From Ascidiella aspersa (Eukaryota): 64,000 bases of DNA. The position numbers and the translations under genes were made by a program. The DNA is taken from positions 31,744,001-31,808,000 of the forward strand of contig OZ004609.1 in assembly GCA_963924565.1 (NCBI GenBank). The letters run 5' to 3'. Of this stretch, positions 1-10,380 are shown piece after piece. Within the stretch, counting starts at the first letter, position 1, and each line of letters begins with the position of its first letter. The notes below the pieces were generated by a model that had not been told where the DNA came from, searched no databases, and saw only the letters and a list, made by a program, of their open reading frames with translations.

Positions 1-482
1 TATTGATGAACGTGTCGAACAATCTGGGTAAGTTGCCTTTTACTAATTGAAAATAGCCTCTGGTAATTATATACGTTATACAAAGTTTCCGCGACCAATT
101 CAAGTCTCCTAGCCTTCCTTCGGGTGAATGATCGCTTGGAAAACTATATATGTTTATTTTAACGAATATTATGCCTAGTAGCAACAATTTACATAGTTAT
201 TATTATTACGTTGTTACGAATTGTAACAATAATAATTCTTGGTTGACAGCGGCATTTTCTTATTTAAAACTAAAAAATGTATTTGTGACAAATTGTGTGT
301 CAATTTTGATGAGCTCTATATTTTACCTTATTTTATCTTACATTGACCTTATAAGGCAGGAATGTGCAAAATGTTGTCCGCAACAATGAAATAAAATAGG
401 ATCGAGATTTCCTGCAGAATCTCTTTCTAGTGTTTAACGGGCATCTAACTATATGTAAACTTTTGTTAACAAAAATACTTAC

Positions 483-1352
483 AGCCGGTCCGGCTTTTCC
501 TGGTCTACCGATGTCACCCTTTTGACCACGAACTCGATTAAGGAACGAAGATGCCTATAAGATTAGAGATTGGTCATCTAAGTCGAATATTATTTGACCA
601 ATTGTTCCCAATTTGTTGGCAAATTAGTAGCCAGCAATTAATTGGAGTCGGTATTGACTACACAAGATAAATGCTATACAAGTAGCTTTCTCATTAAATA
701 TGCTATACGCGGGTAATTGTCTTACGCAATATTTTGTGATAATACCAGACAATGTCCAATATCCTGTAATGATTGTTCTATCATGTGAGTGATTTGATCT
801 ATTTAATGTATATTTACTCGTTTTTATTGCACGTAGTCCCAAATTACACCAGGAAACCAAATGTCAAATTCTAAATGTATCAAATTCAATTAGAACTCTT
901 AAGTTGTAGTCTAGCTAAGCGTATATGAAGAACGCTGTTGCATTCTGTTTCGTATACAGTATTCTTTACGTGGCGGCCGAATGTGCACATGTGACTAATT
1001 GTGCAAAGTGGCACACAATTAAAGTGATGAAACAAGCTTCAAACCAACTGAACTCGGCTTTTAGGCCCTTATCGAAGCCGCTTAACTATAGTAAATGAGA
1101 TTTGCGTGATATTTATATGGCAAGTTAATCGTGGTACGTTTAACAAGCGTTACAAAGGGTATAGAAATTATTCTTTAGCGGTACAGTCTATTTCGCACTT
1201 ACGTCGGTCAAGCTTCCACCTGGACCGATTACGCTTCCCGTGTTAGGTCCTCCGATTCCGCACATGCACCCACAGCTCCCCATGTCGACACCTAACGGCA
1301 ATCCGGTGTGCAGAAGGCACGCCGCTAGGGCGAGCCAAAGATATTGGCGCAT
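483..1352 (-). CDS. 5' part of a secreted collagen-containing protein, probable paralogue of the collagen-intelectin at 31587-44352; continues off the left edge
   Basis: Exon 1352-1203 encodes MRQYLWLALAACLLHTGLPLGVDMGSCGCMCGIGGPNTGSVIGPGGSLTD (signal peptide, then GTAAGT donor). Exon 554-483 encodes ASSFLNRVRGQKGDIGRPGKAGPA (Gly-X-Y; TTATAG acceptor, GTAAGT donor; phase 0-0). DMGSCGCMC matches DMGDCVCMC of the downstream intelectin. A third exon near 143-75 is possible but uncertain. Not in the ORF track. Confidence 0.8.
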
Positions 1353-2924
1353 TTTTGTATGTAATTTATGCTACAAGGAATTTTGGTAATATAATGTTTT
1401 ACTTATTTTGAATTGCAGAGAATAATATTGAACAAATTATATATTGTAAAATAAAAAAACTAACAGCACGAACTTCCCTACTTTTTGCATTGCCTGAAAA
1501 TGATCTATATAACTTGTTTGTTCGACTGTGGATTTTCCATTAGATGAAAAAAAATTCTAGCGAAATTTAAGAATGAATTTTAGTGTTTTTAACCGGCCAA
1601 ACTAGTTTTTTGTGGTTTCGAAACCCATAAAATTCCGCTGCATCTTTCGATGTTGCTAAAACAACCTCTCAATTCTTCACACACAAACCTTAAACATTTT
1701 ATGCCATCTTGTCAATGTTTTAACACTATAACGAGCTTCAAGATGCCTCTCCTGTCTTATGAACACCAGCAAGGCCACTACCCTTAATATAATCTATCTT
1801 CGCCAAAGTGAAAAAAGGAAAAAAAAATTACTCGTGATAAGATGCTTAATTTAATCATGTTTAATCCACCGTGAGCAATAACTTCTTCATCTTACGGATT
1901 GTTGGCCTATACTTGCGATAAAACGTTAATCACTTCCTATCTCTCCTTGAATTAGTACATGAGCCTAATAAATCGTTAACCGCAATTAATTAAAATGATC
2001 TACAATTTGTATCTTAACGCAGCTGATAGTTTATAAGCAGTAGACGTTCGCTCTTAGGAACTTCTTTTTTACACAACCTGATTTCTAACTGCGTTTGGTA
2101 GACTACATGGAATGCGCGGTATTAAGGATGCAGTCATTCTGTCGTGATGCTTAAAAAAAAGCCATTTTAAACCGCAAACAACCGTTCACCCGCGGTGTTC
2201 AACGGCTAGGTTCATACCCGCTGCCAGATGGACGACTTTTAATACTGAAAGACTACCACTCGCCCCTCACTGCTCGTTGCCTTGTCCTATATACGTCGAC
2301 ACGGGCTGTCCATTGCAAAGTAAGTTTCGAATCCGTTCAGCAAATCGGTGCGACAAGACTCCTTATCGGGCGAACAGGATTAAAAGTCAGTCGTCCTAGA
2401 TCGGTCGGCGCTCAATGTTTAACTTGTTTATCGCGTTTCTTGCTGATCCGGTAAAAAACAGACCCCATGTAGGATCGTGTTATGTAGCTGGAAGACCGCT
2501 GGGAGGCCGCTGACATCATTAAAACCTTGTAGTGCGCCGATGTCTACACGACTAGTGAATCACTGACTGATGGCCCCGATTTCAGTTCACCAAAACGCCA
2601 ATACCGCACAAACATCAACAGTTTCGCTTCCTATTTGTGTTTGGACTCTCTTTTAATCGCTGCTGTTTGTTGATGGTTTCGGAAAAACAATTTTGCGGCA
2701 GATATGATGGGGTCCGTCACAGACAAGCCATGTTTTGGAAGTTAAAGTTTACGCCGTGCAAAATTCAAACCACTTTTAATACCTAACTGTATAACCAAAT
2801 TTTATGATTTTCCGCTATACCAGACTTTGTAATTGTCTTTTGTTTTGTTGCTAATTTAAAAATACTCAAAATTATTCACAAGCAACTGATCAACCAAACA
2901 ACCACAGTCAGAATGAAAACAAGA

Positions 2925-3295
2925 ATGCTTTAATTGCCTTCTTACTCTCTATGATAATAATATAAAAATGTAATGCCAATGCGACCGGTCGAATAAAAAT
3001 TTCTAACATTAACTTGTAAAATTGTTTCTACTAGTCGTAATATACACTAATTGCCATAGATCAGTCACACATCGGAACAGAATTAGAATCGATGCGAAAA
3101 CGCTTGGCAATTATAAGTCGGTGCAGACTGCATAGGTGCTAAGTACGCGACAAATTATTCCCCGGACATTCCGGTAGCTGATACACTAAATACAAGTCGA
3201 AAGGTGCAAATGATTCCGTCTCAGGGTGATGTGGTGCAATAAGGTAATCCGTAAGGCGAAAATCGCGTTCGCAATTCTAAACCTACATAAACGAT
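2925..3295 (+). promoter_or_regulatory. Putative Mesp proximal enhancer/promoter with T-box-like and homeodomain TAAT sites
   Basis: TCACAC (~3064), AGGTGCTAA (~3133), AGGTGCAAA (~3202) and GGTGATGTGGTG (~3225), with TAATT/AATTA sites at ~2931, 3048, 3081 and 3109, just upstream of a 5' exon ending at the AAG|GTAAGC donor (3361/3362). Resembles the Tbx6/Lhx3 enhancer known for ascidian Mesp. Confidence 0.45.
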
Positions 3296-4254
3296 TTCCA
3301 ACAAGATGTGCATGTATATTTCAAGTGCAGTTTCTCAGCAACAGCGAATATTACATTGAAGGTAAGCGAATTTTTAAAGCCAATTGTCTAAATCGGGTTT
3401 CAGTATATAGGCCTATTTAGGCTGCTTAGTTAAACACAAAATAGACAATGATTCGTAAAAAGGTTCAACTTGTTGAAGGCTAAACTTAGAGCAATAACCA
3501 GAGTTTACAAATGGGTCAAATAAGTCAAAAGCAAGGCTATACGTTTTAGTCTACAAGCCCGTTTAGTTTATTTAAATTGGTGCGATCTTTTACCTCATAC
3601 GCAATAACTTGTTGGCTGTATACGCACTTAGGAAGCTGTGTTTAAATCAGGTAGTTCGTGATTAGCATTACTTTCGAAATTGCATATTAAATCAAGATGT
3701 TTTTTGTAGATATAACACTTTGAGGCCTATAATTACCGTAGGCCTAATAAACATTCCGGTATAATGACTCTACTTCGGGAAACTCTGGTTTAAATGAAAA
3801 CAAATTTTCGGCAAATGTTATTGCAATAACGATTGTTAATAACTACAGGAATGACGCAAAAAAGCATATAGCCTAGGCTAATTATGTTTTTGATTACGTG
3901 TTGAATAACGTCCTCGGCGTTGTTAAAAGTTAAAGCCTGGATTCTTGAAAGTGTCCGTACTGAACCAAAGCCAAAGCATAAACAACAACAAAATTACTTA
4001 GCCAAATTGTCCAAGATTATTTTGCAATATGTCTATGCGGATATTTTCCAATTATTATTAATAAGTACTCTTTTTAGGAATAAGTTTCTCATTGTGCGGG
4101 GTTTCTCATTTGTGCGGTCTACATTTCTTGGTTTTGCAGTCTGGTTACGGCCCTGATTTGAAATACCGATGTTAGTTTAAGAACTTAATGTTTATTGTTA
4201 GCCATTTTCCAGGCTAAGTAGCACTTTTACATTTCTATAATTGTGTTTCAGGTA

Positions 4255-4977
4255 ATGGATATCGACTCTATGATTGACAGCTGGCTTGCTGAACTCAATG
4301 ACCAGGCTTCGGAAGAAATGTCGCAAAATCAGCTGCCGGAAGTGACTAGCTCGCAGGCTGAAAAACGGTTTCATCAAGCGCCAAGAGTTCCTTTCCATGA
4401 ATATCTTCCACTTGGAGAAATACCCGTTAACACCGCGGTCTCGAGGTTACAGTTGTCTCATTATTCTGGCTTAATGGTTGGAAACCAACCACGGTTTAAG
4501 AGGCATCGTGGTCAATCCAGTGTAATTTGCAAAGATCAAGACAATCTTGGAAGTGCAGCGTTTCATCTACCATCGCTTTCCGAAGATGTCCACACCAGTT
4601 TCCCAACCAACACTTTTTTGTCGTCAAATGAATCAATTTATTTTGCCGGTAGATGTCGCACTGGCGCTCACAATCCACCAGTTTCGAAGAAGCGAAAGGT
4701 ATGTCGTTCGTTGCTCACCAACGATGATTTGGATAAGCGATCGAGCAAACGCAAGGCCGCAAGCGACCGGGAAAAAGCTCGAATGCAAAACATTTCATCC
4801 CAGTTGAACGTTTTAAAGCAGCATTTGCCAGAGAACTACCTAACCGACAAAAATCCCTCGAAAATTGTCGTGCTACGCCAAGCAATCGATTACATTCAGT
4901 ATTTAACTGAAACTTTGAACAACTACTCTCCTTTAACAGGTTCCATTCCTTGCCTAAATACTGTTTCTTCCACGTGA
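4255..4977 (+). CDS. Mesp: Mesp/Mesogenin-family bHLH transcription factor, about 240 aa, single coding exon
   Basis: C-terminal bHLH KRKAASDREKARMQNISSQLNVLKQHLP...SKIVVLRQAIDYIQYLTETL matches the Mesp pattern (ASEREKxRM...TKIETLRLAIxYI). Acceptor TTTCAG ends at 4251, first ATG at 4255; AATAAA at ~5016. Confidence 0.85.
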   Translation: MDIDSMIDSWLAELNDQASEEMSQNQLPEVTSSQAEKRFHQAPRVPFHEYLPLGEIPVNTAVSRLQLSHYSGLMVGNQPRFKRHRGQSSVICKDQDNLGSAAFHLPSLSEDVHTSFPTNTFLSSNESIYFAGRCRTGAHNPPVSKKRKVCRSLLTNDDLDKRSSKRKAASDREKARMQNISSQLNVLKQHLPENYLTDKNPSKIVVLRQAIDYIQYLTETLNNYSPLTGSIPCLNTVSST

Positions 4978-5098
4978 TTGATTATGAAGTGTTTTTTACA
5001 TTGTTTCGTTTTTGTAATAAATTTGTCTTTCATATTGGGGAATTACCCTGATACGAACTAATTTGTATTTCATTTAAAATTGAGATTGGGAATCAGGA

Positions 5099-5649
5099 CA
5101 GGGGTTCTTAAACTTGTTTTACCGCGGACTCGTGGACCACTGTAGGCGAAAGAAATTACAAAATGATGTCATAAATGGACTTCACAATATAAATAGACTT
5201 CATAAATTTGCTAATTTTGGTCTAAAAATGTGAAAGTGAACTGGAGTCTATAAATACATTGGGTAACACTAATTTACGGAATGATGAATGGTCGGAATGG
5301 TCGGAACGCTCACAGTATTATTATTAAATATAATAACACTTGACCCACCTTCACCCAAACGCTAACCCCACCCTAAACCAAATACTGTGCGTTGGGTAAA
5401 TAATTGTTTTAATGGGGTAACACTTAAATTAGTGAGCGTTCCGACCATTCCGACCATTCATCATTCCGTAAATTAGTATTACCCAATACATTCAGTGCAA
5501 AACCGTTTTATTTTTGATTTAATTGTTTTCTTTAATAATCTGATTACTCCCGAAATATACACTATTATTTCAAATATACCTTCATGGACCACCTAAAACT
5601 AGTTCACGGACCCCCAAGGTGTCCATGGACCCCAGTTTAAGAACCCCTG
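5099..5649. mobile_element. hAT-type MITE carrying a nested MITE
   Basis: TIRs CAGGGGTTCTTAAACT / AGTTTAAGAACCCCTG; 8-bp TSD AATCAGGA (5091-5098) / AATTAGGA (5650-5657). Confidence 0.85.
5261..5484. mobile_element. Nested MITE with ~52-bp TIRs
   Basis: GGGTAACACTAATTTACGGAATGATGAATGGTCGGAATGGTCGGAACGCTCAC and its near-perfect inverse; perfect 8-bp TSD AATACATT on both sides. The internal part recurs in inverted orientation at ~44600-44665. Confidence 0.85.
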
Positions 5650-7282
5650 AATTAGGATGACTGTTCTGTTTCAAAACAGGGTGTGGTTCAAAGTATTTTT
5701 TTAATTTCACCCTTACAAATCCAAATACTGTAATTTCCTCCCCAGCAAAAATCACAAAAAACTGTATTTCAGTAAACCCTGCAGACAGATAAACCTACGG
5801 TAAAACAGGCTTTTGCAGCTTTAAGTTGCGTGGCTGTAACAACATTTCCGCCGAAATTTGCGCGGCTGTTGTATATTTCAACAGGTAAGACATGACCACC
5901 GTACTATATGACTCCACTAAATCGAAACTAAAACAAACTTTCATTGTAATTTAAGGAGCATACTGTCAGGTCACTTTAGGACGCTTTTTTTCAGGTCGCT
6001 TAAAGACGCTTTTTACATAATTTAGCATATTTCGCTTACAATAAAATAGCTTACAGCGCAGTAAAAACACATGTTGCCAATAAGGCGTGCATTGTCGACT
6101 GTTTTGCAGTAGAAAGGACACAACTAACATTGCATTCAAAGCGAATGCATTGAGGATTAAAACTGGCCAGTTAACGAGCAGGATGCAGGGAAAGGAAATA
6201 TACCAGAACGATTTAAACAGGCATTTAGCACACGCACAACGAACACAGTAAATAACAAATACAGATGGTGGGACCTCTACACTGTTATAACGTTATTTGT
6301 AAAATTTGCACGGCTAAAAATGGAGTAATATACTGAAAACAGTTAGCGCGACGTAAGTTTTGCGCGTTTGAGCGATTTTTCGCGGCTGGCCGCATTTTGC
6401 GTTGATTTTACATAACTTGCGCGGCTGAGCGGAAACCTGCATCCCCCGCGCAGGCCTCACTTTCCAACCTGGCACTAGACTAGATAAAGAGCTTTGGCTG
6501 TGAAGACAATTGATTGTTTGCCTAACAGAGTTTTGTTGGGATCTAATTTTTTACAATCGGTTAGTTGCTTGACTAATATGCAAGAAGCATTTATTTTAAT
6601 ATCAACAACTAATAAACACTCCATGATTTAGTACACTAGTACCTTTTACAGAATTATATATTACAGAAAAAATTGCAGAACTATATAACATTTACCCTGG
6701 TTTCTTAAATAATATAATACAAGAAGTTAATTAATTTTAAGACTTTGTAATATTTAGACTGGATTTTTATCGCAACATAATCACACATCGACTTCTGTTG
6801 TAAGAAAAACAAAGGCTGACTGCATTTAATAATATGAACTTGTAAGATTAGCAACAAAAATCAATGATTTTTTTCGGAAATTGACTTAAGTTACTTTGTT
6901 AGCCTGTCTGGAAAGTATGGCAGATCTCGACAAGATCTCACATGTGCACTTTCCACAGTGGTTTGTTAGCTGGGTAAATGGCCTCAGGAGGTGACCAACT
7001 ACTTAGGTGTGTGGGTGATTGGCTCTTTCAAAAATATTTTTTGTCAAAATGTTACACCAAATCTGCCATACATTCTCCAAAAAATAGTTTTTTTTAACAA
7101 AACTACAATAGGTTTTTAATCTTGTATTCCAATGTTTTTTGTTTTGTTTTCCTACCTTCTTTTCATCATTTGAAATTTTATTCAAAAACAGGATCACAGG
7201 TCAATGAACAATGCTGTAACTTTTGTATCATTTCGGCCCATGTCCTAAGAATCCTGTTTGTTTATTTGGGTTTTTGAGAGAG

Positions 7283-9782
7283 ATGTCAACAGATCCAACA
7301 TCTGCTGAATTTGACCCGATAAGAGCGCTTTATTCATCGCAAGCAAATGAACAGCCCACAACTTCAGTTAAAATCTATGACAACGTCGCAACATTCGAAG
7401 CTAAACTAAAGAAAAATCAACTGAACCAGGATGAAGAGGTAAGGAAAGGGGTTTCTAATTGGTTGTTCTCTGACAAATCGAATTTGTAATTGTCATTATG
7501 ACGTTAAAAACCTTCATTGTGACGTTCAGTAAAGTTTTCCAAACCTTAAACCAGGGGCCGCAAAATTGTAAAAACCTATTAAAAGGGGGCCACAACTTAT
7601 TAAGGTTTGATAACAACTGGTTCGAGATACCTCTTTATTTGGTATTTTTTATCTGAAATCAATATTTTTGTATTTAAAGTTTATTCTTGTTTTATGGTTT
7701 ATGTTAATTCCTACTGTACTTACATTTTGCTGTATGTTTCAGGTTGTCAAAAAGTCGTCGCGGAAAAGCAAAAGTTTTTCACAGAACAAAAAGTTAAAAG
7801 CAGAAGCGGAAAAAAGAGATCTTAGTAAATTAAAGGAAATGATGGAAAAGCGGAAAAAGATGGATCGGCAGCAATTGGGAGAAGATGAAGTAGGTAGTGT
7901 GAGATCATTTTATTATTTTATTTAAACTGCTTTATATATATATATGAAGGTCAAGTATCAATATTAGCAGTTTGTATTTATGTTTTTTTTGTTAATGAAA
8001 ATGATTCCTTAATTAGAGTATTTTGTTAATTTTGCATGGTAAAGTTACAAGGTTAGTGCATAACACCCATAGCTTAACATGGTTTTAAACTTTTTTGTAT
8101 AATGATGTATTTTTAAATATTTGAACAAGAAACCATTTGAAAACTCACAAAAAATTGTAAATTTGAATATGACATTTTACAAATCTGTTTTTCACAAAAA
8201 AGTTGTTCAACAAAATCAAAAAAAAAAAAGTCAACAAAATGTTTTTGCTGCAGAAGAAGAAGTTGCCCCTAAACGAAAAGAGAAACAAAAAAAGAATGTG
8301 CTTAATTCAATGGCGAGTAAGTTCTTCCTTTTTGGACAATAATAATTTTTTGGTTTCCAAATTAATGGAGACAAGTACAAAATTATTCATAGAAGAAAAT
8401 GTAGAATTCATCTAGTGACAAACATGTTGATGGTATGGCACAAAAACACACATCAGATTAAAAAAAAACCTCACCTCATAAAAAAAATCTCGGGCGAATA
8501 AAACTTTAATGTATATACATTATCCAAATAGATCACCTCTCACACAAACCCACTAAAACATCAATAGCTTAGAAGAATGTACTATTTTAGACTTTTAAAG
8601 CTCGCACTACCATCTATTTTGTTTGTTGATAGACCTCAGTGAGGGTCCCATGAAACTTCTGCACGAGGTTTTTTCAAAACGCAAGCGTTGTGATGTCTAC
8701 ACGAGAAACTTCTGTGGTATCCGTGGAGTTCTTTCGGGTTACATTGTGGCTTTCGACAGATATATGAATTTGGTTTGTATAAGTTTTTGAAAAATCAGTT
8801 TGGTATATTACAGCTGTTTTAAAAAAGGACAATATGCATACTTCAATACAAATTAGGGTTATATTATACTAAAATCGGTAAATTGTGTATGGAATGTTAT
8901 AACCGTTTTACAACCGTTCTTTGAATAGCGGTATTTTTTTCACTACTAAATTGTATTTGGTAGAACTCAATTGTAAGACTATGAGACCCATAAAGAATAA
9001 AAAAAATGTTCAAATAAAAATATCTGTTGTTTCAACATGTTTTTATAATATGTAACATTTAGATAATGGTTGATGTCGATGAAACTTTTTGCAATCCACC
9101 ACTTGGTAAAGTAAAAGAACACCAGAAAAAATTAACTGTTTCACAGGTAGGAATTTTAAACGTGATTTAAGTGGCACTTTTAAAGAATATTATTGTAAAA
9201 AAATTATTAATTTAATTTTTAGTTTTTCTATTTAGGCATATGACTATTTTTTGCAATACATTTATTTTTTTAGCTGCAACAATCGATAGCAAACCTTAAG
9301 TTAGAAGATCGAAAAAGAGGTAAGTGTGATAAACAAGAGTATGTTTAATATTATGTTAGCTGTGCATCTGTTTTGATTATAAAACAACTGATGTTTTTCA
9401 TTCAAGCTACAGAAAATGTCATAAGGAAATGTAATATAATGGTAATCGAAAAACTGATAATAAACACTATTTGTTCAGGGGGATTGGTCAAATATTTTGT
9501 ACGGTTGCTCTAAATTTTCGGCGGCAAACACGAGTTTTAAACTCATCCCTGATTTCTTCAGATTCGAAGCCTCGTCGCCCCAGGGAAACCACCGGGGTTA
9601 CTTTCGTCGACAAAAAGGAGACCCCGAAAGTTGTTGGGGACACACCGTCCATTAAACGACTAAGAAACCACAAGAAAAGACTCGAAACTTTCAGCGGCGG
9701 TTCGGCTCAGCTCTATCAGCGCCATTTAAAGCAGGTTTACGTGCGAGGAGACAGCATTGTGTTAATATCGTCGCCCGACTGA
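7283..9782 (+). CDS. LSM11: U7 snRNA-associated Sm-like protein LSm11, about 303 aa
   Basis: Exons 7283-7438, 7743-7893, 8203-8316, 8633-8772, 9063-9146, 9274-9319 and 9562-9782; all introns GT-AG and phase-consistent. N-terminal EFDPIRALYS...YDNVA; Sm1 GPMKLLHE...YTRNFCGIRGVLSGYIVAFDRYMNLIMVDVDET; long spacer; Sm2 QRHLKQVYVRGDSIVLIS. Confidence 0.93.
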
Positions 9783-9829
9783 GGATAAACGCTTTTCGCT
9801 CGGATTCTCTTGCGACGCGCAGGTCAGGT

Positions 9830-10380
9830 AGAGACCTGTCACCGGTGTGAGGACATGACCACACGTGGACTCTGTTGATTCTAGACAGGGACAATAAAAA
9901 GCTTTTCCATTACTGCTGTGAAGGACACGACCACGCGTGGAGGCTTCTACTCGCAGAAACCGGGCGTTTTTGCCTTCCTTTTAGAAGCTTTTCCTTGGCA
10001 GGCCTGTCACTGCTGCAAAAGAGACGACCACGCGTGGACGCTGCTACTTACAGAAACCGGGCGTTTTTACCTTCCTTTTAGAAGCTTGTCCATGTCTGTT
10101 CTGCTTAATCCTGTCACCGATGTAAAGGACACGACCACGCATGGACTCTGTTGCTTCTAGACACGGACACAGAGCGTCTTGGATTCCATTGAGAACCTTT
10201 TATATGTCTGCTCTGCTTAGACCTGTGACCGATGTGAAGGACACGACCTTTCTTGGACCCTGCTGCTTACAGACACTGAGAAGCTTTTCTGTGTCTGCTC
10301 TGGCTTCGACCGGTCACTACTGTGATGGACACGACCAAACGTGGTCGCTGCTGCTTGCAGACACCGGACGTTTCGTCTTT
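9830..10380 (+). repeat. Degenerate tandem repeat (~6 units of roughly 75-110 bp) in the presumptive Lsm11 3' UTR
   Basis: Recurring core CCTGTCACyGxTGTGAAGGACACGACCACGCGTGGAC..CTGCT.C..AGA.AC..AGAAGCTTTTC, with units starting near 9835, 9909, 10003, 10110, 10222 and 10310. Confidence 0.85.

Noticed and set aside
8355-8420. METSTKLF peptide shared with the ORF at 56265-56495
   Set aside because: Best explained as a dispersed intronic repeat fragment rather than a coding exon.
9830-10380. CRISPR-like appearance of the repeat array, and ORFs within it
   Set aside because: Eukaryotic context, degenerate repeats with homologous spacers and no cas genes; the ORFs are repeat artefacts.
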